A stretch of 64,000 bases of DNA from Acidimicrobiia bacterium (GCA_050741975.1 JBOGET010000120.1:17156-81155), one strand, 5' to 3'; shown: positions 27,375-37,479, numbered from the stretch's first letter. Numbers and translations: made by a program. Notes: generated by a model not told the origin, from the letters alone.

Positions 27375-27950
27375 TCAGGCGATGCCGGTCAGGGCGAAGG
27401 CGAGGATGGCGTCGACCAGTCCGTCCCGGTCCAGCTCCCCGTCCGGCCGGTACCAGCGCTGCAATGCGTTGAGGATGGAGAGGGTGAAGATCGAGACGAC
27501 CTTGGGGTCGACGTCGCCCCGAAACGAGCCGTCCCGCACCCCGTCCGCCACGACCTGGCGGAACGCCTGCTCATAGACATCCCGGGCGGCGATCACCCGG
27601 GCCCGATGCTCCTCGTCGAGCATGCGGGCCTCGTTGAGGAAGGTGCGGACGATGTCCTGGTTGGCCAGGACGACATCGACATGACCTGTGACCAGGGCCC
27701 GCAGCCGATCCGAGCCCGACCCCTCGACCGCCAGTGCCGTCTGCGCCGACTCCTGGAAGAGACGGGCCCCCTCCTCGACCACCGCGACCAGAAGGTCCTG
27801 CTTGGACTCGACGTGGGCATAGAGCGAGGAGCCGAGCAGGCCCAGCTCCCGCCCCAGGACGCGCATCGACGTCCCGTGATACCCCTTCTCGGCGAACAAC
27901 CGGCCGGCGGCGGCGACCACGTCGGCACGGCTGTTTCGAGTCGTGACCAT
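27375..27950 (-). CDS. paaR: TetR-family transcriptional regulator, probable PaaR
   Basis: N-terminal TetR HTH (AGRLFAEKGYHGTSMRVLGRELGLLGSSLYAHVESKQDLL). The start codon overlaps the paaE stop by 1 nt. Confidence 0.7.
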   Translation of the reverse strand: MVTTRNSRADVVAAAGRLFAEKGYHGTSMRVLGRELGLLGSSLYAHVESKQDLLVAVVEEGARLFQESAQTALAVEGSGSDRLRALVTGHVDVVLANQDIVRTFLNEARMLDEEHRARVIAARDVYEQAFRQVVADGVRDGSFRGDVDPKVVSIFTLSILNALQRWYRPDGELDRDGLVDAILAFALTGIA

Positions 27951-29056
27951 CAGCGGTGGTCGTAGCGGACGACGACCCGGCCCGAAACGGGATGCGACTG
28001 GCAAGTGAGGACGTATCCGGACTCGAGCTCGGAGTCGACCAGGGCATAGTTCTTGTCCATGCGCACCTCGCCTTCCTCGATCCGCCCCTTGCAACTGGCG
28101 CACATCCCGCCCTTGCAGGAGAAGGGGAGCTCGGACCGCACCCTGAGGGCAGCGTCGAGGATCGAGGTCTCCTCCGTCATCCTGGTCTGCACCGCCCGAC
28201 CGTCGAGGATGACGGTGAGATCGACCGTGCCCTCGCCCGGCGGAGGCTCCGGTGGAAGCGAGGCCGGGTCCAGCGGCCCGGCGAAGAACAGCTCGTCGTG
28301 GATCCGCTCCTCCTCGACACCCAAGTCGCCGAGGGCCCGCCTGGCCATCATCACCATGTCGTAGGGCCCGCACAGGTACCAGGAATCGACCTCCCGGCCC
28401 CCGAGCAGTTGATCGTGGACGACCCGGATCTTCTCCCCGTCGATCCGCCCCGACAACAGCGGCAGGTCCGACCCTTCACGACTGAGGAGATGGAGAAGCT
28501 GGAACCGGTCCGGGTATCGGTCCTTCAACCCCTCCAGCTCTTCGAGGAACATGACCGTGTTGGCCGTCTTGTTGCCATTGAGGAGGGTCCAGGACGAGCC
28601 CGGCTCGGTCTCCAACGTGGTGCTGATCAGGGACAGGACCGGGGTGATCCCCGAGCCGGCGGCGATGGCGACCCGATGGCGCGCCGCGCTCGGATCGGGG
28701 TCGATGGTGAACTCGCCGACAGGGGCCATCACCTCGATCACGTCGCCCGCCTGCAACGATCCGGTGGCAAAACCGGAGAAGGCGCCCCCGGGGAGCCGCT
28801 TGATGCCGACCCGAAGCTTGCCCCCATTCGCGTTGGAACAGATCGAGTAGGACCGGCGGACATCCACCGCGTCGATCATGGCGCGCAGGGTCACATGCTG
28901 GCCGGGCAGATAACGGAAGCTGGCGGCCAGCTCCTCGGGCACGTCGAATGTCACGGCCACCGCCTCGTCGGTGAGTCGAGTCACCTCGAGGACCCGGAGG
29001 GGATGGAAGGCGACGCCCACCTCAGAAGACCTTGAAGTAGTCGAACGGCTCGCCAC
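27950..29056 (-). CDS. paaE: Phenylacetyl-CoA epoxidase reductase subunit (FNR-like + 2Fe-2S ferredoxin)
   Basis: FAD/NAD-binding (RSYSICS, GSGITP) and C-terminal plant-type ferredoxin (CKGGMCASCKG...C). Confidence 0.85.
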   Translation of the reverse strand: MASRSTTSRSSEVGVAFHPLRVLEVTRLTDEAVAVTFDVPEELAASFRYLPGQHVTLRAMIDAVDVRRSYSICSNANGGKLRVGIKRLPGGAFSGFATGSLQAGDVIEVMAPVGEFTIDPDPSAARHRVAIAAGSGITPVLSLISTTLETEPGSSWTLLNGNKTANTVMFLEELEGLKDRYPDRFQLLHLLSREGSDLPLLSGRIDGEKIRVVHDQLLGGREVDSWYLCGPYDMVMMARRALGDLGVEEERIHDELFFAGPLDPASLPPEPPPGEGTVDLTVILDGRAVQTRMTEETSILDAALRVRSELPFSCKGGMCASCKGRIEEGEVRMDKNYALVDSELESGYVLTCQSHPVSGRVVVRYDHR

Positions 29057-29492
29057 ACGACCTGCACACCACGAGCGCCTTGCATGCCGTGGAGCCGAAT
29101 CGAGCCAGCATCCTCGGCGCCGACGACCTGCATCTGGGGCAGAGCACCTCCCCGTCGGGGACCGGGGGGGCGATACCGAACTTCTCCAGCTTCTCCCTGC
29201 CCTCGGCCGTGATCCAATCGCTGCCCCAGGTTGGGCTGTGAGTGACCATCACCTCCACGTCGTCGAATCCAGCGTCATCGAGGGCCGAGCGCAGGTCGTC
29301 CTCTATCTGACGCATGGCGGGACAGCCCGAGTAGGTCGGGGTGATGGTCACCACTATCCGACGCCCCTCGGCTCGGACGTCTCTCAGGATGCCCAGATCG
29401 GCCACTGTGAGGACCGGGATCTCCGGGTCCACGACACCCGAGGCGACAGCCCGGGCCCGATGGATGTCAAGTGCGGGGGCGAGGCTCACCAT
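29022..29492 (-). CDS. paaD: Phenylacetyl-CoA epoxidase subunit PaaD (DUF59/SUF-like)
   Basis: ...VLTVADLGILRDV...ITPTYSGCPA...CPRCRS...CRSCGEPFDYF. The track ORF is over-extended to 30521; start placed at MVSLAP (29492) or MDAAQL (29522). Confidence 0.75.
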   Translation of the reverse strand: MVSLAPALDIHRARAVASGVVDPEIPVLTVADLGILRDVRAEGRRIVVTITPTYSGCPAMRQIEDDLRSALDDAGFDDVEVMVTHSPTWGSDWITAEGREKLEKFGIAPPVPDGEVLCPRCRSSAPRMLARFGSTACKALVVCRSCGEPFDYFKVF

Positions 29493-30208
29493 TCCAATCC
29501 CGGGTAGCTGCGCTGCATCCATTGCATCTCGGCGAGAAGGGGGCCCAGATGCTCCGAGTGGAGTCCGCGACGGCCGCCGCCGCGCTGATAGGGATCCTCG
29601 GGGACGAGGAGCCCCGCCTCGTCGAGCACGGTCTGCACCGATCGGTGCCAGTCGTCCTGATACTTCGCCGCCTCCCCTTCGAACAGCTCGCCCGTGTACC
29701 GCCACAGGGCATCGACCGCCTGTTGGGCCCTCCGGTGGGACTCGTCGGTCCCGTCGCCCAGACGAACCACCCAGGTCGATGAGTGGAGCAGGTGGTATCT
29801 GGCCTCCTTCTCGGCCCGGGCCGCGATGCCGGCCAACGTCTCGCCCTCCGAGCCCGATAGGTCGGCCCAGAGATTCACCTGGTAGGCGTCGAAGAAGAGG
29901 CCCCGCACCATGGTGTGGGCGAAGTCGCCGTTGGACTGCTCGACCAGCAGCACATTGAGGAACTCCCGCTCGGCGCGTCGCATCGCGAAGTCGTCCTCGG
30001 TGCGACCCATCCCCTCGATCCCGGCGGCATGTGTGTAGAGGGCGCGGGCCACACCCAGATGGTCGAGGGCGATGTTGCCCAGGGCGATGTCCTCCTCCAG
30101 CTCGGGGGCATTGGAGATCCACTCCCCCAGCCGCTGGGCCAGGACCATGTTGTCGTCGGCATGCCCGACGAGCCACGACGCATGTGAGGCGAGCTCGGCC
30201 GACCTCAC
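29486..30208 (-). CDS. paaC: Phenylacetyl-CoA epoxidase subunit PaaC
   Basis: ...LVGHADDNMVLAQRLGEWISNAPELEEDIALGNIALDHLGVAR.... GTG start overlapping the paaB stop (GTGA). The Arg-rich N-terminal part of the track ORF was rejected. Confidence 0.75.
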   Translation of the reverse strand: MRSAELASHASWLVGHADDNMVLAQRLGEWISNAPELEEDIALGNIALDHLGVARALYTHAAGIEGMGRTEDDFAMRRAEREFLNVLLVEQSNGDFAHTMVRGLFFDAYQVNLWADLSGSEGETLAGIAARAEKEARYHLLHSSTWVVRLGDGTDESHRRAQQAVDALWRYTGELFEGEAAKYQDDWHRSVQTVLDEAGLLVPEDPYQRGGGRRGLHSEHLGPLLAEMQWMQRSYPGLEW

Positions 30209-30549
30209 ATGCGTCCCACTTCGTCGGGGATGTCGTAGGCGGTGGCGAGCCGGTACACCTTCTCGTTGGCTTCGACGTACTCCGATATGTCCTCGGGATC
30301 GAAGGAATTGATCTCGGTGCTGCGCACCACCCAGAGACTGGCCCCCTCCCCGCGCCTGGTGTAGACGTCGCGGGCGTTCTGCAGGGCGCTCTCGGCGTCG
30401 GCGGCATGAAGACTGCCGATGTGCACGTGTGATATCCCGCGCCGGGCCCGGACGAACACCTCCCACATCGGCCAGGCCTCCCCGGACAGCTCGGTGCTCT
30501 CCTCGATGTGAGAGCTCTCACCGGGGGCGACAGGGACCTCGTACGTCAT
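30205..30549 (-). CDS. paaB: Phenylacetyl-CoA epoxidase subunit PaaB
   Basis: MWEVFVRARRGISHVHIGSLHAADAESALQNARDVYTRR matches PaaB closely. Confidence 0.85.
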   Translation of the reverse strand: MTYEVPVAPGESSHIEESTELSGEAWPMWEVFVRARRGISHVHIGSLHAADAESALQNARDVYTRRGEGASLWVVRSTEINSFDPEDISEYVEANEKVYRLATAYDIPDEVGRM

Positions 30550-30565
30550 CTCGCCTCCCGGGTGC

Positions 30566-31495
30566 TCACGCCGCCGACCGGGCGGTCTTCTTGGCGGCGT
30601 GGGCGGTGGCGGCCTCCCTGACCCAGGCTCCCTCCTCCCAGGCCTTGACCTTGTGCTCGACGCGGTCGCGATTCATCGGTCCGTCGCCCTCGACGACGGC
30701 CCAGAACTCGCCCCAGTCGATCTCGCCGGTGTCGTAATGGCCCCGGTCCTCGTTCCATCGCAGCTCGGGATCGGGCACTGCCAGCCCCAGATAGTCGGCC
30801 TGGGGCACGGTCATGTCGACGAACTGCTGACGAAGGTCGTCGTTGGACACCCGCTTGATCTTCCACTCCATCGACTGCTCGGTGTGGGTGGAGTCGGTGT
30901 CGTGCGGCCCGAACATCATCAACGACGGCCACCACCAACGGTCGAGAGCGTCCTGGGCCATTGCCTTCTGCTCCTCGGAACCGGAGCAGAGCCTGATCAG
31001 GCTCTCGTATCCCTGACGCTGATGGAACGACTCTTCCTTGCAGATGCGCACCATTGCCCGCGCATAGGGACCGTAGGAGCAACGGGTCAGCATCACCTGG
31101 TTGGTGATGGCCGCCCCGTCGACGAGCCAGCCGATGATGCCCATGTCGGCCCAGCTCAGCGTGGGGTAATTGAAGATCGACGAGTACTTGTGCTTGCCCT
31201 GGTGCAACAGCTCCTGGAGCTCGTCCCGATTGACCCCGAGGGTCTCGGCGGCCGAGTAGAGGTAGAGCCCATGCCCGGCCTCGTCCTGGACCTTGGCCAT
31301 GAGAATCGCCTTCCGGTGCAGAGTCGGGGCCCGGCTGATCCAGTTCCCCTCCGGTTGCATCCCGATGATCTCGGAGTGGGCATGCTGGGCGATCTGACGG
31401 ATCAGGGTCTTGCGGTAGGCCTCCGGCATCCAATCCGCCGGCTCGATCTTCTCCTCGGCGGCGACGATCGCCTCAAAACGCTGTTCGGGAGTCAC
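30566..31495 (-). CDS. paaA: Phenylacetyl-CoA 1,2-epoxidase catalytic subunit PaaA
   Basis: Di-iron carboxylate ferritin-like (...[16 protein letters not shown]...[10 protein letters not shown]...). Confidence 0.9.
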   Translation of the reverse strand: MTPEQRFEAIVAAEEKIEPADWMPEAYRKTLIRQIAQHAHSEIIGMQPEGNWISRAPTLHRKAILMAKVQDEAGHGLYLYSAAETLGVNRDELQELLHQGKHKYSSIFNYPTLSWADMGIIGWLVDGAAITNQVMLTRCSYGPYARAMVRICKEESFHQRQGYESLIRLCSGSEEQKAMAQDALDRWWWPSLMMFGPHDTDSTHTEQSMEWKIKRVSNDDLRQQFVDMTVPQADYLGLAVPDPELRWNEDRGHYDTGEIDWGEFWAVVEGDGPMNRDRVEHKVKAWEEGAWVREAATAHAAKKTARSAA

Positions 31496-31508
31496 GACCT
31501 GGAGGATA

Positions 31509-31528
31509 ACAAACGAACGTTCGTTTGT
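31509..31528. promoter_or_regulatory. Putative PaaR operator (20-bp perfect palindrome ACAAACGAACGTTCGTTTGT)
   Basis: Located 14 bp upstream of the paaA start. The core CAAACGAACGTTCG fits the CNAACGNNCGTTNG motif reported for TetR-type PaaR in Thermus. Confidence 0.5.
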
Positions 31529-31761
31529 CGATAGGGTTTCGTTTCCGATCTCGCCGCGTGGTCACGAACACCAACCGCCAGGACCCAAGGACTAGTCAAG
31601 AATGGTGAATCGGGAACGGGCCTGGAGCCGGGGCCGCCACCGGGGAAGATTTCCACGGCGCCGGGAGAGGGCGCCATTTGGGGATTGTCTTGGGGGCTTC
31701 ACCCCTTCGGCATCTTGGCTTGCAGATCGAATGTTGCCCGCAGCGATCCCTGAAATCACCC

Positions 31762-31797
31762 GAAGGGAGGGTCTCGCCACAGGGAGACCCTCCCTTC
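31762..31797. terminator. GC-rich hairpin (14-bp perfect stem, 8-nt loop) downstream of ABC-F gene
   Basis: GAAGGGAGGGTCTC-GCCACAGG-GAGACCCTCCCTTC followed by ACCGTTTTCG on + and GGUGAUUUCA on -. Lies 45 bp past the ABC-F stop. Confidence 0.4.
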
Positions 31798-31841
31798 ACC
31801 GTTTTCGACCGAGATCGGCTTTCAGGGTCCCAGGTGACCGC

Positions 31842-33440
31842 TCAGGCCAATGCCACCAGGTCCAGCAGCTCCTCGTCGAAGAACCGCATCTCCCCCTCGG
31901 GCATCAGCATCGCCCGGTCAGGCATGAGCTGGGCCACGAAGTCGGTGTCATGGCTGACCAGCACAACAGTCCCCTCGTAAAGGGTCAGGGCGTCGAGCAA
32001 CGCTTCTTTGGCCTGGGGATCGAGGTTGTTGGTCGGCTCGTCGAGGAGGAGCACGTTGGGCCGCTCCGCCACCAGCATGGCCAGGGCCAGCTTGGTCTTC
32101 TCACCACCTGACAGCGTCGCCGCGTCCTGGTCCACCTTGTCCGCCAGGAGGAAGTGGCCGAGCAAGGAACGCAGGGTTTGGTCGGTGAGTCCTCCGCCTC
32201 GACGCATGTGATCGAGAACCGAGATACCTGCCCGTATTTGCTCATGCTCCTGGGCGTAGTACCCCAGGCTGGCCTTGTGTCCTAGGTAGACCTCCCCCAG
32301 GTCGGGGGTCTCCACCCCGGCCAGGATGCGGAGCAGGGTCGTCTTCCCCGCGCCATTGAGACCGATGAGCAGCATCCGCTCACCTCGCTCGACGGCGAAC
32401 TCGACATCGACGAAAACCAGATTGTCGCCGAACGACTTGGCCAGACCGAACCCCGAAAGCGGCAGACGGCCCGGCTTCTCGGGTTGGGGGAAGGCGACCT
32501 TCATCTTCTTCCCACCCTTCTGCACATCGACCAGGTCGCGCTTCATCCGGTCCACCCGGCTCTCCCAGCCCCTCGCCGTCTTGGCCATCTTCTCGGTGGT
32601 GCCCTTGAAGCGCCTGATGTTGGCCTCGAGACGTTCGATGGCCTCGTCCTGATGTCTGCGCTCCCGCTCCTTCTGCTGCCGCCGCCGGTCCCGCTCCACC
32701 AGGTAGTTCGTGTAGTTCCCCCGGTAGGCCTCCAGCTCGCCGTGCTCCAGGGCGAGTACAGAGGTGATCGCCTCGTCGAGAAGGGGCAAGTCATGGGAGA
32801 CGACCAGCATCCCTCCCTTGTAGGAGGTGAGCCACTCGATGAGCCAGGCCTTGGCGTCGAGATCGAGATGGTTGGTCGGCTCGTCCAGGAGGAGGATGTC
32901 TGTCTCGGCGAAGAGGATCCTGGCCAGCTCGACCCGTCGTCTCTGCCCACCGGACATGGTCACCACCGATTGCCCCAACTCGTCGTTACCGATTCCGAGG
33001 GCGGCGGCCATGCGCTTGGCTGTGGCCTCGGCGACGAGCCCGCCCTTGGCCTCGAACTCCTCGTGGAGTCGGATGAACCGGGCGATGCCCCGGTCCCGTT
33101 CCTCACCGCTCAGATCGTGCAGCCGTCGGCGGGCCTCTTCGATGTGACGCTGCAGGGCGCCGATCTCCCTGGCCATGAGGATCCGCTCCAGGGCGGTGGC
33201 GTCAGGGTGCTCGAGCTCGGGGAGGGCCGCTTCCTGCGAGAGGTAGCCGATGTGGCCGGACCCGAGAATCGTCCCTTCCACGGGCGTCCGGGCCCCGGTG
33301 AGCGTCCTCATCAGGGTGGTCTTGCCCGCCCCGTTGCGGCCGACGAGACCGATCCGATCCCCTGACTGCACGCTCAACGACGCCCCCTCGAGCAGTTTGC
33401 GGGGGCCGACGTCGATGCGGAGGTCGCGTGCGATCAACAT
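31842..33440 (-). CDS. ABC-F family ATPase (tandem ABC domains, no TMD; EttA/Uup-like)
   Basis: Two Walker A motifs (GRNGAGKTTL, GLNGAGKTTL) and two signature motifs (LSGGQRRRV, LSGGEKTKL). The probable start is MLIARDL at about 33440; the track starts at 33542. Confidence 0.85.
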   Translation of the reverse strand: MLIARDLRIDVGPRKLLEGASLSVQSGDRIGLVGRNGAGKTTLMRTLTGARTPVEGTILGSGHIGYLSQEAALPELEHPDATALERILMAREIGALQRHIEEARRRLHDLSGEERDRGIARFIRLHEEFEAKGGLVAEATAKRMAAALGIGNDELGQSVVTMSGGQRRRVELARILFAETDILLLDEPTNHLDLDAKAWLIEWLTSYKGGMLVVSHDLPLLDEAITSVLALEHGELEAYRGNYTNYLVERDRRRQQKERERRHQDEAIERLEANIRRFKGTTEKMAKTARGWESRVDRMKRDLVDVQKGGKKMKVAFPQPEKPGRLPLSGFGLAKSFGDNLVFVDVEFAVERGERMLLIGLNGAGKTTLLRILAGVETPDLGEVYLGHKASLGYYAQEHEQIRAGISVLDHMRRGGGLTDQTLRSLLGHFLLADKVDQDAATLSGGEKTKLALAMLVAERPNVLLLDEPTNNLDPQAKEALLDALTLYEGTVVLVSHDTDFVAQLMPDRAMLMPEGEMRFFDEELLDLVALA

Positions 33441-33542
33441 CAGGGGTCCTGTGTGCCCCGGACGATAGGAGCCGCCGTCTCGATACCGGGTCGATTTACC
33501 CGGGCGAGCAGATCGGAGCCGACTCGCTTCGACTAACTTCAC

Positions 33543-34631
33543 GGCGGATGTTCGGACGGTTCAAGGCACTGTTCGACTCACCCTTCCTGCGCAGGGTGAG
33601 CTGGCACGTGAAACGGGTGGGCGAGAAGATCGACAGACGGTTCTTCAGCTCGCTTTTGCTCGGTCTAGCACTGTTCCTCGGGTTAACCGCGATCCTGATC
33701 TGGGTGGCGGAGACCGATCGTTCCCTCGACCAGCTGTGACAGTCGTTCTACTGGGCGGGGGCCACCGTGCTCGGACTGGGCGAAGGCGGGTTCGTCTCGG
33801 GCCCGGTGGGCTGGGTGGTGAGTTGGCTGCTCGGTCTCTTCGGTGTGGCCATCGTCGCCACGATCACCGGTGCCTTGGTGGGTTTTGTCATCGATTTCCT
33901 ATTGAAGGAGAGACAGGGGATGGGAGCCTCGGGATATCGGGACCACATCGTGGTCTGTGGGTGGAATGCGACGGCACGAGACCTGATCGGCGAGCTGGCC
34001 AAGGACGAGTACGGGACCAAGATCGTCCTCCTCCACGACAGCGAGCGGAACCCGGCCGACGACTCCGTCTACTTCGTCCGGGGCGACACCACCAACGAGG
34101 GCGATCTGAAGCGAGCCGGGATCGAGAATGCCGTGTCGGCTATCATCTGCCCCGCCGATGGGTCGAACGAAGCCGACATGTCGTCCATCCTCACCGTGCT
34201 CGCCATCGAGTCGCTGGCCCCGAACGTGCGCACCGTGGTCGAGGTGAACAACCCCGATCACGTGCCTCACTTCCGACGCGCCGAGGTCGATGAGGTGATG
34301 GTCACCTCCAAGCTGGCCTCGCATCTCCTGGCCCGGACCGCGCTGTACCCCGGGCTGTCCCAGCTCGTGATCGACATCGTGTCCGGGGGGTGACGGTTCC
34401 GAGCTGTACCGGGTGACCCTGCCCGAGGAATTCGTCGGCCTGTCGATAGACGACGTCGCCTCCAGACTGCGCAAGGACCATCGGGCCACGCTCCTGGCGG
34501 TTGCCCGGAACGGGGCCACCCACACCAACCCGGGTCAGGACTTCCAGCTCGCGCCCGACGACGATCTGGTGGTGGTGGCCGAGTCGCTGGGGGCCTTGCA
34601 GCCGCTGCGGGAGTCGTCGGCCCTGGCCTGA
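33543..34631 (+). pseudogene. Disrupted K+ channel gene (2TM pore + RCK N/C domains) with in-frame TGA and +1 frameshift
   Basis: TM helix ...LLLGLALFLGLTAILIWVAETDRSLDQL, then a TGA at 33737-39, then in the same frame QSFYWAGATVLGLGEGGF (pore/filter). The RCK-N domain (HIVVCGWNATARDLIGEL...) ends ...VIDIVSGG* in a 6-G run. RCK-C continues as GSELYRVTLPEEF... in the +1 frame; removing one G restores VSGGDGSELYRV. Confidence 0.6.
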
Positions 34632-34702
34632 GAGCCGGGCGAAAGACTGCGTTCAGCTTCGGGTTCCATTGAGCGCATGTCGTAGGCTCTCGGACGCTCT
34701 CC

Positions 34703-35890
34703 ATGACCGAGATTTCCCATCGCAGCCCCACGGTGATCATCGGCGGCGGGCCCGCCGGCTCGCTCCTCGCCATCCTGTTGCATCGCCAGGGCATCGACAG
34801 CGTGGTCCTCGAGCTTCGCACCAGAGAGCACGTCATGGGGCGGGTCAGGGCCGGTGTCATCGAGCATGGGAGCGCAGAGATCCTTCGCTCGGCCGGCGTC
34901 GGCGAGCGAATGGACCGGGACGGCTTCGTCCACGAGGGGGTGTCCGTCGCCCATGGCGGGGAGATGCTTCGCATCGACTTCCAGCGCCTCACCGGCAAGC
35001 ACGTGACGATCTATGGCCAGACCGAGCTGCAGAAGGACCTGTACGACGCAATCGACGACACCGGGATAGTCCTCATCGACGAGGCCGAGGAGATCCGGAT
35101 CGAGGGTGTCGAGGGTGAGACCCCGTCGGTGACCTTCATGCTCCACGGCCAGCCGCACACCATCGAATGCGAGCTGATCGCGGGCTGTGACGGTGTCCAC
35201 AGCGTCACCCGCGACTTCATCCCGGAATCGTCGAAGCGCACCTTCGAGCGCAACTATCCCTTCTGCTGGGTGGGGCTGCTCTCGGAGACGCCACCGGTGA
35301 GCGACGAGCTCATATACGTCAACCACGAACATGGTTTTGCCCTCTGCTCGATGCGGAACGAGCACCGCAGTCGTTACTACGTGCAGGCCCCGGCAGACAC
35401 CGCTATCGAGGACTGGCCCGACGACCGATTCTGGCGCGAGCTCACGGCCCGTCTGCCCGAAGCGCCGGCGGACCGGCTGGTGACCGGGCCATCGATCGAG
35501 AAGATCGTCACGCCGCTGCGGAGCTGGGTCTCCGAGCCGATGCGCCATGGGAGGTTGTTCCTCGCCGGCGATGCCGCCCACATCGTGCCGCCCACTGGGG
35601 CCAAGGGCCTCAACCTGGCGATCTCCGACGTTGTCTACCTCAGCCAGGCGTTCACCGATTATTTCTCCACGGGCTCGACCACGGGGCTGGATCATTACTC
35701 CGAGACCGCCCTGGCCCGGGTGTGGAAAGCGGTTCGATTCTCCTGGTGGTGGACAACGACAATGCACCAATTCCCGGGGATGAGCGACGAGTTCGAGCGC
35801 CGACTGCAGAGGACGGAGCTGGAGTACCTGTTCGGATCGGAAGCGGCGCAGCGGGCCATGGCCGAGAACTATGTCGGCCTCCCCCTCTGA
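34703..35890 (+). CDS. pobA: 4-hydroxybenzoate 3-monooxygenase
   Basis: Near full-length match to the PobA pattern (VIIGGGPAGSLLAILLHRQGIDSVVLE...GCDGVHSV...LFLAGDAAHIVPPTGAKGLNLAISDV...AENYVGLPL). Confidence 0.9.
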   Translation: MTEISHRSPTVIIGGGPAGSLLAILLHRQGIDSVVLELRTREHVMGRVRAGVIEHGSAEILRSAGVGERMDRDGFVHEGVSVAHGGEMLRIDFQRLTGKHVTIYGQTELQKDLYDAIDDTGIVLIDEAEEIRIEGVEGETPSVTFMLHGQPHTIECELIAGCDGVHSVTRDFIPESSKRTFERNYPFCWVGLLSETPPVSDELIYVNHEHGFALCSMRNEHRSRYYVQAPADTAIEDWPDDRFWRELTARLPEAPADRLVTGPSIEKIVTPLRSWVSEPMRHGRLFLAGDAAHIVPPTGAKGLNLAISDVVYLSQAFTDYFSTGSTTGLDHYSETALARVWKAVRFSWWWTTTMHQFPGMSDEFERRLQRTELEYLFGSEAAQRAMAENYVGLPL

Positions 35891-35919
35891 ACCCGGACAG
35901 CGAGCAAGGATGAGAGAGC

Positions 35920-36291
35920 ATGGGCACATATGAAGACGGGATGAAGGTCAGACGGGAGGTTCTCGGCGACGAGCACGTCGACCGGGCCATTGCGGCGACC
36001 ACCGATCTCGACGCGGGATTTCAACGGTGGATCACCGAGTCGGTCTGGGGCGGGGTGTGGGCCCGACCCGGGCTCGACCGCCGATCGAGGAGCATGATCA
36101 CCATCGCCATCCTCGGCGCCCTCAACCACGAGGAGTTGGAGATGCACATCCGGGCCGGGAGGAACACCGCGGTCACACCCGAGGACATCAGCGAGGTGCT
36201 GCTCCACGTGGCGGTGTATGCCGGCGTGCCCGCCGCCAATAGAGCGTTCAAGGTGGCCAAGTCGGTGTATGGAGAGGAGACGACGTCTTGA
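35920..36291 (+). CDS. pcaC: 4-carboxymuconolactone decarboxylase
   Basis: Carboxymuconolactone decarboxylase family fold (...ESVWGGVWARPGLDRRSRSMITIAILGALN...HVAVYAGVPAA). Confidence 0.75.
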   Translation: MGTYEDGMKVRREVLGDEHVDRAIAATTDLDAGFQRWITESVWGGVWARPGLDRRSRSMITIAILGALNHEELEMHIRAGRNTAVTPEDISEVLLHVAVYAGVPAANRAFKVAKSVYGEETTS

Positions 36292-36360
36292 CCCGGCCCT
36301 TGGCCCGTCGCCACCGGCCGGAGACCCATCAGGGTGGTGAGCCGGCGGCGAGGGCGAGCC

Positions 36361-37479
36361 ATGTTTGACCCCGGGTTCACCACCCTCGAGATGGGAGCGG
36401 CATTCGCCCCGTCCAGCCGGGTGAGCGCCCTGATGAGATTCGAGGCCGCCCTGGCCCTGGCCCTGGCCGACGTGGGCATCGTCGATGAGGAGGCGGCCGG
36501 GGCCGTGGCCGAGGCCTGCGCCCAACCAGCGGCCGATCCCGATGCCGTCCTCGCCGGCACCTGGACGGAGGGGACGCCGCTCATACCCCTCCTCGCCGAG
36601 ATCCGGGGGCGGCTATCCGAATCCGACGCCAGGTGGGCCCATTTCGGGGCGACCAGCCAGGACGCGGTCGACACCGCGATGATGCTCCAGGCGGCCGCCG
36701 GGCTGGAGATCCTGGAGCACCGGCTGACCGACCTGGCCCGCCTCATCGCCCCGATGGTCGACGAATACCGGGACCAACCCCATGTCGGCCGCACCTTCCT
36801 CCAGCATGCCCGGCCCACGACATTCGGGGTCAGGCTGGCCGGGTGGCTCGAACCGGTCCTGCGGCATGTCGCCGAGCTGAGGGAGACGCGGGCCGCTCTC
36901 GTCGTGCAGCTCGGGGGGCCGGTAGGCGATCTCGCCGGGTACGGCGACCGGGGAGTGGAGGTGATGGCCGCCCTCGCCCGGCGTCTCGATCTGAAGACGC
37001 CCGACCTGCCATGGCACACGGACCGGTCCCGGGTCTCGGCGATGGTATCTGCCATCGAGCGACCGGCCCGCACCATGGCCAAGATCGCCGTGGACGTCGC
37101 CCTGCTCAACCAGAGCGAGATTGCAGAGATCCGGGTGCGGGGCGGAGGCTCGTCGAGCATGACCGAGAAGAGAAACCCGATTGGTGCGATTCGAGCGGTT
37201 GCAGCCGCAGAGGCGTGCAGCGCCGCGGCGGGCATCGTCACCTCCGGGCGACCCCACGAGCTGGACCGGGCGGTGGGGGGATGGCATGCGGAGTGGCTGG
37301 CGATACCGCTCGTGTTCCAGACCGCCGCCGCCGCGGTAGAAGGCGTCACCCGTTGCCTCGAATCGCTCGAGGTCGACCGGGATCGCATGTCGGCCCAGGT
37401 GAAGGATCGCGTCACTCCCGACCCGGCCCTCATCGAAGGGGTCCTGTCCCGGTTCGACGAGGTGATCGGAACCGCATGA
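36361..37479 (+). CDS. pcaB: 3-carboxy-cis,cis-muconate cycloisomerase
   Basis: Fumarase/aspartase lyase-class-I family with signature GGGSSSMTEKRNPIGA. The stop overlaps the pcaD start (ATGA). Confidence 0.8.
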   Translation: MFDPGFTTLEMGAAFAPSSRVSALMRFEAALALALADVGIVDEEAAGAVAEACAQPAADPDAVLAGTWTEGTPLIPLLAEIRGRLSESDARWAHFGATSQDAVDTAMMLQAAAGLEILEHRLTDLARLIAPMVDEYRDQPHVGRTFLQHARPTTFGVRLAGWLEPVLRHVAELRETRAALVVQLGGPVGDLAGYGDRGVEVMAALARRLDLKTPDLPWHTDRSRVSAMVSAIERPARTMAKIAVDVALLNQSEIAEIRVRGGGSSSMTEKRNPIGAIRAVAAAEACSAAAGIVTSGRPHELDRAVGGWHAEWLAIPLVFQTAAAAVEGVTRCLESLEVDRDRMSAQVKDRVTPDPALIEGVLSRFDEVIGTA

